NCBI RefSeq assembly: GCF_009914755.1
Contig: NC_060925.1
Source of the DNA: the human T2T-CHM13v2.0 reference genome, Homo sapiens
Reading direction: 5' to 3' (one strand)
Length of the DNA stretch: 64,000 nucleotides
Shown here: positions 39,752-54,397 of the stretch, in pieces
How the letters are laid out: each line of letters opens with the position of its first letter
Numbering within the stretch: the first letter of the stretch is position 1
Translations under genes and position numbers: made by a program
The notes under the pieces: model-generated
The model's input: the letters and a program-made list of their open reading frames with translations, nothing else
The model's database searches: none
Told to the model about the DNA's origin: nothing

Positions 39752-42038
39752 TGTGTTAGTTCATTTTCACGCTGCTGATAAAGACATACTGGAAACTGGG
39801 ACCAAAAAGAGCTTTAATTGGATTTACAGTTCCACATGGCTGGGGAGGCCTCAGAATCATGGCAAGAGGTGAAAGGGACTTCTTACATGGTGGTGGCAGG
39901 AGAAAAATGAGGAGGAAGCAAAAGCAGAAATCCCTGATAAACCCATAAGATCTCATGAGACTTATTCACTCTCATGAGAATAACATGGGAAAGACTGGCC
40001 ACCATGATTCAGTTACCTCCCCTGGGAGGTTACCCCCCTGGGTCCCTCCCACAACATATGGGAATTCTGGGAGATACAATTCAAGTTGAGATTTGGGTGG
40101 GGACACAGCCAAACTACATCATTCCACCCCTGGCCCCTCCAAATCTCATGTCCTCATATTCCAAAACCAATCATGCCTTCCCAACAGTCCCCCAAAGTCT
40201 TAACTCATTTCAGCATTAACCCAAAAGTCCACAGTCCAAAGTCTCATCTGAGACAAGGCAAGTCCCTTCTGCCTATGAGCCTGTAAAATCAAAAGCAAGC
40301 TAGTTACTTCCTAGATACAATTGGGGTACAGGTATTTGGTAAATAGGCCATTCCAAATGGAAGAAATTGGCCAAAACAAAGGGGCTACAGGGCCCATGCA
40401 AGTCTGAAATCCAGCTGGGCAGTCAAATTTTAAAGCTCCAAAATTATCTCCTTTGACTCCATGTCTCACATCCAGGTCACACTGATGCAAGAAGTAGGTG
40501 CCCATGGTCTTGGGCAGCTCCCCTTCCATGGTTTTGCCAGGTACAGCCTCCCTCCTGGCTGCTTTCACAGGCTGGCATTGAGTGTCTGTGGTTTTCCCAG
40601 GTGTATGGTGCAAGCTGTTGGTGGATCTACCATTCTGGGGTCTGGAGGATAGTGGCCCTCTTTTCACAGCTCCACTAGGCAGTGCCCCAGAAGGGACTCT
40701 GTGTGGGGGCTCCAACTCCACATTTCCCTTCCTCACTGCCCTAGCAGAGGTTCTCCATGAGGACCCCACCCCTGCTACAAAATTTTGCCTGTGCATCCAG
40801 GCATTTCCATACATCTTCTGAAATCTAGGTGGAGGTTCCCAAACCTCAGTTCTTAGCTTGTGTGCACCTGAATGCTCAATGCCATGTGGAAGCTGCCAAG
40901 CCTTGGGGATTCCACCCTCTGAAGCTACAGCCCAAGCTGTACTTTGGCCCCTTTCACCCATGGCTGGAGTGGCTGGGACACAGGGCACCAAATCCATAGG
41001 CTCCACATAGCTCGGGGACCCTGGGCCTGGCCCACAAAACCACTTTTTCCTCCTGGGCCTCTGGGCCTGTGATGGGAGGGGCTGCCATGAAGCTCTCTGA
41101 CATGGCCTGGAGACATTTTCCCTGTGGTCTTGGGGGTTAATATTAGGCTCCTTGCTACTTATGCAAACTTCTGCAGCCAGCTTGAATTACTCCCCAGAAA
41201 ATGGGTTTCTGTTTTCTATTGCATAGTCAGGCTGCAAGTTTTCCAAACGTTTATGCTTTGCTTCCCTTATAAAACTGAATGCTTTTAACAGTACCCAAGT
41301 CACCTCTTGAATGCTTTTCTGCTTATAAGTTTCTTCTGTCAGATACCCTAAATCATCTTTCTTGAGTTCAAACTTCCACAAATCTCTAGGGCAGGGGCAA
41401 AATGCTACCAGTCTCTTTGCTAAAACATAACAAGAGTCACCTTTGCTCCAGTTCCCAACAAGTTCCTCATCTCCATCAGAGACCACCTCAGCCTGCACCT
41501 TATTATTCATATCATTATCAGCATTTTGGTCAAAGCCATTCAAAAAGTCTCTAGGAAGTTACAAAGTTTCCCACATTTTCATGTCTTCTTTGCAGCCCTC
41601 CAGACAGTTCCAACCTCTGCCTGTTACCCAGTTACAAAGTTGCTTCCACATTTTCGGATATCTTTTCCGTAACGCTCCATGTACTGCATTAGTTCGTCTT
41701 CATGCTGTTGATAAAGACATACCCGAACATGCGAGCAAAAAGAGGTTTAATTGGACTTACAGTTCCACATGGCTAGGGAGGCCTCAGAATCATGGCGGGA
41801 GGTGAAAAGAACTTCTTATATGGTGGTGGCGAGAGAAAAACGAGGATGAAGCAAAAGCAGAAACGCTGATAAACCCATCAAATCTTGTGAGACTTATTCA
41901 CTATCAGAAGAATAGCATGGGAAAGACTGGACCCCATGATTAAATTACCTCCCTCTGGGTCCCTCCCACAACGTGTGGGAACTCTGGGAGGCACAATTCC
42001 AGTGGAGATTTGCGTGGGGACACAGCCAAGCCACATCA
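39752..42038 (-). mobile_element. Complete THE1A-like MaLR provirus (5' LTR 41685-42038, int 40122-41684, 3' LTR 39752-40121)
   Basis: Two homologous LTRs; PPT ttccacccctggcccctcc at 40122; THE1-int ORF remnant 40311-41006; TSD cacag at 39747-39751 and 42039-42043. Confidence 0.95.
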
Positions 42039-42045
42039 CACAGGG

Positions 42046-42447
42046 TGTGGTAGGCTGTTTTTGCATTACTAAAAGGAATACCTGAGGCTGGGTAATGTAT
42101 AAAGAAGAGAGGTTTACTTGGCTTGTGGTTCTGCAGGCTATACAGGAAGCATGGCACCAGCATCTGCTTTTGGTGAGGCCTCTGGAAGCTACAATCATAG
42201 TGGAAGGCAAAGGAGAGCCAGCATATCACATGGTGAGAGCGGGAGCAAGAGAGATGAGGAAGGCATCAGACATCTAAACAACCAGATCTCATGTGAACTC
42301 ACTCATCACCAAGGAGATGGTGCTAAACCACTTATGAAGGATCCACCCCCATGATCCAATCACCTCCCACCTGGTTCCACCTTCTACAGTGTGAAGATCA
42401 CATTTTAACATGAGATTTGGAGGGGACAAAACATCCAAACCATATCA
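42046..42447 (-). mobile_element. MSTB solo LTR
   Basis: gcattactaaaaggaatacctgaggctggg...gagggggacaaaacatccaaaccatatca-type end. Confidence 0.88.
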
Positions 42448-42744
42448 ACTGGTGTCCTCCTATAAAAGAGATTTTGCAGAGAGACATGCACACAGGGAGA
42501 GCACCATGTGATCATCAAAGCAGAGATCAGGGTGAGGCATCTCCAAGCAAAGGAACCCCAGATTGCCAGAAAAGGAGAGAGACCTGGAACAAGGTCTTCC
42601 TCAGAGCCTAGAGAAGGAATCAATTTTGCCAGCACCTTGATCTTGAATGTCTAGCCTCCTGCACTGTGAGATAATAAATTCCTGCTGTTTCAGATGCCCA
42701 GTTCGTGGCAGTTTGTTTGGGCAGCCATAGCAAACCATTACAGT

Positions 42745-43020
42745 TATTGCATTGGTCTATTTGAGATCCTATAAAAGAATACCAGAGGCTGCGTGGCTAG
42801 TAAACAATAAAAATTTATTTCTCACAGTTCTGGAGGGTGGGAAGTTCAAGATCAAGGTGCCCACAGATTCACTGTCTGGTGAGGGCCAGCTACCTAACTC
42901 ATAGCCTTCTCACTGTGTCCTCACGTGGCAGAAGGGGCGAAGGAGCTCTCTGGGGTCTCTTTCAAAAGGGCACTAGTTATATGAATTTTAGAGGGACGTG
43001 AACATTCATTCTATAACAGT
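42745..43020 (-). mobile_element. MLT1A-type LTR
   Basis: aatttatttctcacagttctggagggtgggaagttcaagatcaaggtgcc...gtctggtgagggcc. Confidence 0.8.
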
Positions 43021-43029
43021 GGCTGAGTT

Positions 43030-43500
43030 AAAGTTCAGCAGGCAATGAGGAAAGGCATTCCAGGCAGAAGGAACAGCTGGCAAGAAGGTGAAGAGAGCAA
43101 GACAGTCAGTAACAGAAGAAGGCACTGGGAGCAATGGGGTGAACCATGAGGGTCTCCTGGACCTCGGTAGAGAGGAATGTCAGGACATGGCCTCATGTCT
43201 GTGCAGGGCACCTCTACCCATGGTATGAGAAGAAACCAAGGCAGGGAGGAAGCAGGGGCCAGGGGAGAGGCTGCTGCAGTGCTGCCAGGGGAGGGAGGAT
43301 GGTGGCATGGGCCAGCGTGGGACAGTGCCGTGCAGTGGTGAGAGGGGCCAGACGCTGGACCCATGTTGAGAGAGGAGCTAGCAGGGTTAACTGGTGGGTT
43401 GGGTGTGGGCATGAGAGAAAAAGAGGAATCAGGGATGACTGCAAGACTTTTGGTCCAGGGTACTGTTGCAATGGAGTGGTCATTCACTAGGCAGGATAAA
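43030..43500 (-). mobile_element. L2
   Basis: aggcattccaggcagaaggaacagc...gagaaaaagaggaatcagggatgactgcaagacttttgg. Confidence 0.75.
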
Positions 43501-44079
43501 TGAAATCTAAGTTCTGCAACATTAAAAGTCTGGTGACCTTTTAACCATTTGATTGGAGAGAGGAGAGGTGAATTTGGGGCAGGCTGCAAGGGACTCAGTT
43601 CCCCAGTTCAGCATGGCAGGGGTGATGAGCAGAGGAGGCACCAGGGTGGCAAGCCATAGACATTCTCCACACCTGACCCCCTGGTTACGCAATGAGAGGT
43701 CTGAAGGAGGGAGGAGGGGGGACCCTGGGCCTTGGTTCACAGAGACCTGGAGACTTAACAAGCTTTGCCAAAAGTAGCAACAACTTCTTGACCCTGAAAA
43801 GTGAGGAAGATAGAACCCCCCACGCCCAGGGCAAAGGAAATTATGTATTTTCTCTGAAGGTTTCGGGATGATGATCCCACGTTGGAGTTAAGGATTACCC
43901 AGCTCAGTTCCCCTGCCCCCCAACAAATGGCCACCCCCTTGAGATTCGTAAAGACCAGCAAGAGCAAAACGGGCGCCCCCCCACACACAGGAAATGCCTC
44001 TCTGATAAAGAGGATGAGCACAAGAGCGAAGAAAGGAGGAACCTGCCTCCCAAGAGGAATCGCCAAAGAACCAGAGGCA

Positions 44080-44425
44080 GAATGACAAAAACTCAGACTC
44101 AGAGAAAAGAGTCACAATTCAAAGAAGAATTATCCATGGAAGTTATAAAATGAGAGGAGAAAAATGAGCTAGTACATTGTAGGGGAGAAACAAAACAGAT
44201 GAAAACATTAACAGAGATGAATGCCACATAAAACTCAACCCCAAGATGATAAATCATCGCTGGAAATTCCATCGGGGAAATGGAGAGGAAATTACTCAAC
44301 TTAAAATGGGAAAGAATGAAGTTGTAATAACAAAAACAGTGAGGACAACGGACATGGAAGACAGAAAAGAAGATCTGGGATGTGCAGAGTGCTTCTGAAA
44401 AACAGAATACACAGAGAGAGTTTTT
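44080..44425 (+). mobile_element. Ancient L1M/HAL1 ORF1-like relic
   Basis: Strongly A-rich sense strand; gacatggaagacaga...gatctggg resembles the L1 ORF1 coiled-coil/RRM boundary. Confidence 0.4.
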
Positions 44426-45112
44426 CACAGAACTCCAATATGTTCTCCTACATCAGGCTATTTTCACTGGGCACCCACTTTGTGGCAGGCACTGGACTAA
44501 GGGTGCAGAATCTAAGTGACCTTGGGAGGGCATAAGCAATTAAGCAGACAATTAGATTAAAATAGGGGAAATACGATTGATGCTAATTTAAAAACCAGAG
44601 GCAGGACTAGGTCCTATGGAGGAAAGACGATGACGTATTGAATGCCAACGATGCGTCAGACACTGTACATTGTTGTGTGTGACTAGAGGGTTGGGAGTGA
44701 TGTGCGCATGACCAGCTAAGGATGGAGCCAGAATCTGAAGCCAGGTGTATCTGCTTCCAAGTTCATCCCTTTTTTCCTTGAACATGCTGCTTTCCAGTCT
44801 CACATAAGCTTGAAGATGCCTATCAGCTCTGTAAGTGAAAGTCCCACTGGTGATAAATCCCAGGTATTTTTCAGCAGGGTTAATTATGAGGGGTCTGGTT
44901 CTTACGGGGTGGGGGAATCGCTGAGAACCTGTGGGATGCACACAGGCTTGAAAGGCTTTGTCTAGCAATGGTTTCCTACACAGGTAGAAAGGGGCTTATA
45001 AGAAGAACAGCAAGCACATTTATTAAGCAAAGGTGTGTTCCAAGGCAAAGGCTATTGCAAGATGAACCATGGAGCATCCTTCAAGCCACAGGCTGGTGTT
45101 CAGGATGTGCTA

Positions 45113-45548
<436 letters not shown>

Positions 45549-46529
45549 GAAATGCAAACTGACTACCTTTGCTTTAAGTTGGCCTGAGAAGTCTCGCTGC
45601 CCCTGCTCAGATCATCTATTGTAGCTGTAAGCACAGAATATCCTATGTAAGAATGATCGTGCTGGAGATGCCAAGTGGCCGTACAAACATAATACCCAGT
45701 AGTGATCTGAGCCCAGCACTAAGCCTCTTCGTGTTTGTCCAAAGCTCTCTTCCTAAGGCTTTAGGTTATTTAGAACAACAGCAAAGGACTATTTACTTTT
45801 TGGTGGTACTCAGAAGATGCTTGCTTTTGGTACCCTCTGGGTGGCTTGCCTGGAACCCTGACCTATGATACACAGGTTCTCTGCCTGAGATCCATATCCC
45901 TGAATTCCACGCCCATTCCTAGGCTGGGAAGAAAAGCAGAGGAGAGAGCCTTGGGAGATCCCTTCAGAGTAGACTCATTGAAGGAGATAGAAAGAGGGTG
46001 GGCAGATGGAGCAGGGGAGTGCCAGTAGGGTGTGGGGGCAGAAGACAGGGAAGAGGGCTTGGAGGAAGCATCAAGTTCAAGAGTGAGGATTTGGTAATAA
46101 GAAGTCCTCAGTGAGAAGGCAGTTTCAGCAGCATGGTGGGGTCTGAAGCTGATTTACAAGGGGTTAAGGAGCAGGTGGGGGTTGAGCAGGTACAGCTTCC
46201 TGGGAAGCCCAAGCACGAGCATTTCTGCATCAGGCCTCCAAGCCCCCAACCCACCCCTGCCTGCATCTCTCAGGTCACTTGCTCCAGTGAGACAAACACG
46301 TCCCCCTCCCATTCCCTTTCCAACATAGCCTTCTTTGCACCCCTGTGCTAGAACAATCTCCTTCCCTCTCACCACCAAACCCTGTATTGAAATCCAGAAT
46401 CTTAGTATTAGAAGAGACCCTAGAAGTCACCCAGTGATCAACTCCTTCATGTCATAGTTAAAGAAACTGAGGCCCAGAGAAGGGAGGTGACATGTACAAC
46501 ACCGTGACAGGAGCAAGAGAAGGACAGGG

Positions 46530-46960
46530 TGCATCAGTCACCTTCTCATAGTGCTGCTGCATGACAAACCAGTCCCAACTCCTGGCTTAACACCACAGTC
46601 ATTTATTTTCACACTGTATGTGGCTGGCAGCTACGACTCTGCTGATTTTGGCTGGGCTCAGCTCGGCTTGGCTCCAGACCACAGGTTTGGTTCAGATCTG
46701 CTCCGTGAGTTTCTCATCCTTCTGAGACCAGCAGGCTATCCAGGGCATCAACTTTCATGGGGTTGGCAGAAGCTTAAGAGGGCAAACCCAGCCACACGCA
46801 TTTAAAAACCTTTGCTTGAATCACATCTGCTAATATCTCATTGGCCAAGGTAAGCCCCGTGGCCAAGTCCAAAGTCAAGGAAATGGGAAATCAATTATGT
46901 GGCAAGAAGAAAGAATGAGAGGGATAAGGAACTGGGCCAGTGTTTCAGTAGGCCACCCTG
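46530..46960 (-). mobile_element. Old MLT1 LTR inside a MIR3
   Basis: tgcatcagtca...ctggcttaacaccacagtcatttatt...ctcattggccaagg. Confidence 0.65.
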
Positions 46961-47584
46961 AGTGAAGACTAAACCAGGTGTTTTGTCTTCTTGCTAGACC
47001 TCTTCCCCCATTCTTCCATACAGGCTCCAAGCAGTGGATTCAAGGTTTAAATAGCAAAGCTGCATTGGGAGAAATAGTTTTACTCAAGGGTTGCGTATAA
47101 AGCCAAACTTCCAGCCTTGCTAAGGCAATGGAAATAAGGACTCAGGAAACAGGGCTTTCACATAACCTTTCAGAAGAATCTACATGGAGACTTGAACCAC
47201 TCAACTGAAAGAGAATTCAAAATGAAGAACTCACACTGCTAAAGCTGTAGTGTGGAAAGACTGGAAATACTGAATCATTTTAAACATGAAATTAAGTCAA
47301 ACAATAATTATGGTTACAAAACCGGACATAATTTTTATGGCTCTTGAAAGAAAAGCTACACAATAGTAAATAATAATTTGATGATCATACACTGGAACAA
47401 AAATCCCACCAACAAATGAGAGGGATGGTACAGGAAATGAGGCAATGTGTCTTTATGTCTCTTCTTCCATGGTAGATAATCAATAGGCACAAAGCTGATC
47501 AGTCTAAACCCATGATTTAAAAGTATAAACATAAAATTTAAACCAGAGCACATACCAACCAAATTATAAAAGAAGGGAGGGTGG

Positions 47585-48048
<464 letters not shown>

Positions 48049-48233
48049 TCACATTGGGTTAAAACATTTCTTATTTTTGTGTTCTCTGCCAGAAACACCC
48101 CTAATGATGGGCAAAAAGATAGAACAACAAAAAGCAACACCAGAAATGTAAAGAGTCTAATGTAAATAATGAATTCAAGGAAACAGAGATCAGGCCAGTG
48201 GGGGGAGAAATGAAACTAAATGGATAAAGAGGG

Positions 48234-50772
48234 TGGTATGGTTTGGATCTGTGTCCCCACCCAAATCTTATGTTCAACTGTAATCCCCACTGTCAAGGTG
48301 GGGCCTGATGGTAGGTGATTGACTCATGGGAGTGGATCCTTCATGAATGGTTTAGCACCATCCCTTTGATGCTGTTTTCATGATAGAATTCTAATGTAAT
48401 CTGGTTGTTTAAAAGTGTGTGGCACCTCTGCCACCCATCTTTTTCTTCCTCCTGTTATGTAAGTTGCCTGCTCCCACTTGGCCTCTATGAGTAAAAGCTC
48501 CCTGAGGCCTCCCCAGAAGCAGTGCCGCCACGCTTCCTGTACAGCCTGTGGGAGGGTGAGCCAATTAAATCTCTTTTCTTTATAAATTACCTAGTCTCAA
48601 GTATTTCTTTATAGCAGTGAAAGAATAGACTAATATGGAAAATTGGTACAAGGAGTGGGATATTGCTATAAAGATATCTGAAAATGTGGAAGTAATTTTG
48701 GAACTGAGAAATGGGCAGAGTTTGGAAGAGTGTGGAGGGTTCAGAAAACGATAGGAAGACGAGGGAAGGTTTGGAACTTCCTAGAGAGTTGTTGAAAGTT
48801 TGTGACCAAAATGCTGATAGTTTTACAAACAGTGAAGGCCAGGCTGAGGAGGTCTCAGATGGATATGAGGAACTTACTGGGAACTGGAGTTAAGGTCACT
48901 TTTGCTATGCTTTAGCAAAGAGCCTGGCTGCATTGTGCCCCTGATCTAGGGATCTGTGGAACTTTGAGCTTGAGAGTGTTGATTTAGGGTGTCTGGCGGA
49001 AGACATTTCTAAGCAGCAAAGCATTCAAGATGTGGCTTGGCTGCTTTGAACAGCCTATGCTTGTGTGCATGAGCAAAGCAATGACCTGAAACTTGAACGT
49101 ATATTTAAAAGGGAAGTAGAGTATAAAAGTTTGGAAGATTTGTAGCCTGGCCATGTGGGGGGGTGGGGGGAAAGCCCATTTTCAGAGGAGGAATTCAAGC
49201 AGTCTGCAAAAATTTGCATAACTAAAAGAAAGGTAAGTGCTGATAGCCAAGACAATGGAGAGAAGGCCTTGAAGGCATTTCAGAGACCTTCACAACAGTC
49301 CTTACCATCACAGGCCCTGAGGCCTAGGAAGACAGAATGGTTTGTTGGCCAGGCTCAGGGCTCCAACTCCCTGTGCAGCCTCAGGACGCTGCTTCCTGCA
49401 TCCCAGCTGCTCCAGCCCCAGCCATGGCTAGGAGGTGCCCAGGTACAGCTTGGCCACTGCTTTAGAGGGTGCAAGCTGTAAGCCTTGGCAGCCTCTCTGT
49501 GGTGATAAGCCTATAGGTACACAGAAGGCAAGAGTTGAGGGTTGGGAGTCTCTGCCTAGTTTTTGGAGGATGCATGGAAAAGCCTGAATGTCCAGACAGA
49601 AGCCTGCTGCAGGGGCAGAACCCTCATGGAGAACCTCTGCTAGGGCAGAGTGATGGGGAAATGTGGGGTTGGAGCCCTCACACAGAGTCCCCAATGGGGG
49701 ACTGTCCAATGGAAGTGTGAGAAGAGGGCCACCATCCTCCAGACCCCAGAATGGTAGGTCCACAAGCAGCTTGCACATTGCACTTGGAAAACCACAGGCA
49801 CCCAACACCAGCCCTTGAAAGCAACTGTGGGGGCTGACCCTTGCAAAGCCACAGAAGTGGAGCTGCTCAAGACCTTGAGAGCCCACCCCTTGCACCAAGT
49901 ATGCCCTGGATGTGAGACATGGAGTCAAAGGGGATTCTTTTGGAGCTTTGAGATTTAATGACTGCCCTGCTGGGTTTCAGACTTGTGCAGGGCCTGTAGC
50001 CCCTTTCTTTTGGTTGATTTCTCCCTTTTGGAAAGAGTATTTATCCAATGCCTTTATTGCCATTGTATCTTGGAAGTAACTAACTTGCTTTTGATTTTAC
50101 AGACTCATAGCGGGAGAGAATTGCCTTGTCTCGGATGACACTTTGGACTGTGGAGATTTGAGTTAATGCTGGAATGAGTGAAGACTTTGAGGGACTATTG
50201 GGAAGGCACAACTATATCTCGAAATGTGAGAAGGACATGAGATTTGGGAGGGGCCAGGGAAACAATGATGTGGTTTAGATCTACTTCCCCACCCAAATCT
50301 TATGTTCACTTGTAATCAGTGTTGGAGGTGGGGCCTGATGGGAGGTGATTGGATCATGGGGATCCTCCTTCATGAGAGAGGTGGTTGACACATGTTCAAC
50401 CTTACCAGAAACCATAGAAATGCAAATTAAAATAATGATAAATCATCCATATTCTCATGCACAGCAGATGGAAGTATAAATTTTTGCAATGGTTTAGCCC
50501 CATCCCTTTGGTGCTGTTCTCATGATAGCGTTCTCATGGGATCTGGTTGTTTACCTCCCACTCCTCCCCTTGGTCCTGCTCCTGCCATGTAAGATGCCGG
50601 CTCCCACTTTGCCTTTCTCCATGAGTAAAAGCACCCTGAGGCCTCCCCAGAAGCAGATGCCACCATGCTTCCTGTATAGCCCGCAGAGCCATGAGCCAAT
50701 TAAACCTCTTTTCTTTATAAATTATCCAGTCTCAGGTAGTTCTTTGTTACAGTGCAAGAATGGACTAATACA
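48234..50772 (+). mobile_element. Complete MST (A/B) MaLR provirus (5' LTR 48234-48637, int 48638-50265, 3' LTR 50266-50772)
   Basis: Paired LTRs; gaaaattggtac after the 5' LTR; PPT gggaggggccaggg; TSD gaggg at 48229-48233 and 50773-50777. Confidence 0.95.
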
Positions 50773-51191
50773 GAGGGCTACTTTTAAATTATATTAAGGA
50801 TACAATCACAGTGAAGATAGAATGTCCTTTAATCAACTTGAACCAATGATATAAAGTTAAGATACAGTATATGAAATAATAGCTGAAGGAAATACAAAGA
50901 AAAATCCAACAGAAACATAGTATCAGTGGGAAACTGCCAGTCTTCCTCTGCTGGTAACATATCAAGAAGAAAGAACTAAGATTATTTGAGGCCATAAGTA
51001 GGATAATTAATGAGATTGATAGATTATTCTTTACACTGCAAACAAGAAATATATCTTTTAAAAATGTATGTCTATTAAATGGATCAAATATTATATCCCA
51101 AAGAAAATGCCAATAAACTTCAATATGTGGAAACAGCACTCTCCACATTCTCTGACTGAGGTTATTGTGCAGATTCGTAGGGTGTACAGAG

Positions 51192-51965
51192 TGTCAATGA
51201 AAAGAGTCAAAGTCTGTAAAATATTTGAAGAGATTTATTCTGAGCCAAATATGAGTGGCCACGGTCCATGACACAGCCCTCAGGAAGTCCTGAGAGCATC
51301 CGCCCAAAGCAGTCAGGGTGCAGCTTGGTTTTATACATTTTAGAGAGTCATGAGACATCAATCAAATACATTTGTGAAATACATTAGTTTGGTCCAGAAG
51401 GGTGGGACAATTCAAAGCAGGGGGACTTCCAGGCTATAGGTAAATTTAAACATTTCCTGGTTGACAATTGGTTGAGTTTATCTGAAGACCTGAAGATCAA
51501 TAGAAAGGAAATGTTCAGGTTAAGATAAAAGATTGTAGAGACCAAGGTTCTTTTGAAGTCTCATAGTGGCTGCCCATAGAGACAATAGATGACAAATGCT
51601 TCCTATTCAGACCTTTAAAAGGTGCTAGACTCTTAGTTAATCTCTTCAGGATTGGGAGGGCCTGGAAGAAAAAGCTCTACCTATGTTAATAGAGATTCTT
51701 TACAGATGTAAATTTTCCCCACGAAGGACAGCTTTGCAGGGTCATTTCAAAATGTGGAAAAGAAACATGTTTTGGGGTAAAATATTTTGATTTTCTTCTT
51801 TGTCACATCATGTTACACCAGAGTCAGATTGGAAAGTAAGTCACAATATACAGGGTTAAATAAAACCCATCTGAGGAGAACTTATGGTTTGTATGGCATG
51901 ACTCCCTAGACCCCTTAGATAGGAATTTGGACAAGATAAGAAAAAAAATCAGAGCTTAGTCCTTA
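51192..51965 (-). mobile_element. MER4 (D/E-like) ERV1 solo LTR
   Basis: tgtcaatgaaaagagtcaaa...gatttattctgagccaaatatgagtg...gacacagccctcagga...tcagagcttagtcctta. Confidence 0.88.
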
Positions 51966-52359
51966 GAGAGAGGATAAATAAGGTAGACACTTATTCATAC
52001 AATTGTCTTAAATTTGTATGGAAGAGTGACTATGTGAGAATAGATAGGAAAAGTCCTACAGAAGAAATTAAATCAAAGCAGATATTGATAGACTTGAGAA
52101 ATGAGTCACAGTAATTGAAAAGCTTATCAACGCAAGAGATGCAGGGCACGATTTTCAAAACAACAGAGCAGACAAATAATGAAGAATCAAAAAACACACT
52201 CAAATATGTGCGTATGTTAAGTACATAGACAGACATGCAAATTAAATGTGTATGTTTCAACTCAAGGGAAAGATTAGTCATTGAATGTGAATTGTGACAA
52301 CTGGCCTGGCTCTGTGAAACACAAAAAATAGAATTGAAGCTTCTGATAGAAGATTATTT

Positions 52360-54397
<2,038 letters not shown>

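Larger units (their letters stand above)
39577..42742 (+). mobile_element. MLT1B LTR split by THE1 provirus and MSTB
   Basis: 5' part ...ttatttggagatagggtcttta...taatccaacatgac; resumes actggtgtcc at 42448 and ends aaaccattaca. Confidence 0.8.

Noticed and set aside
40311-41006. 231-aa ORF (also 41187-41543 and the 48711-49928 ORFs)
   Set aside because: Fragmented THE1/MST internal-region ORF remnants of non-autonomous MaLRs, not host genes
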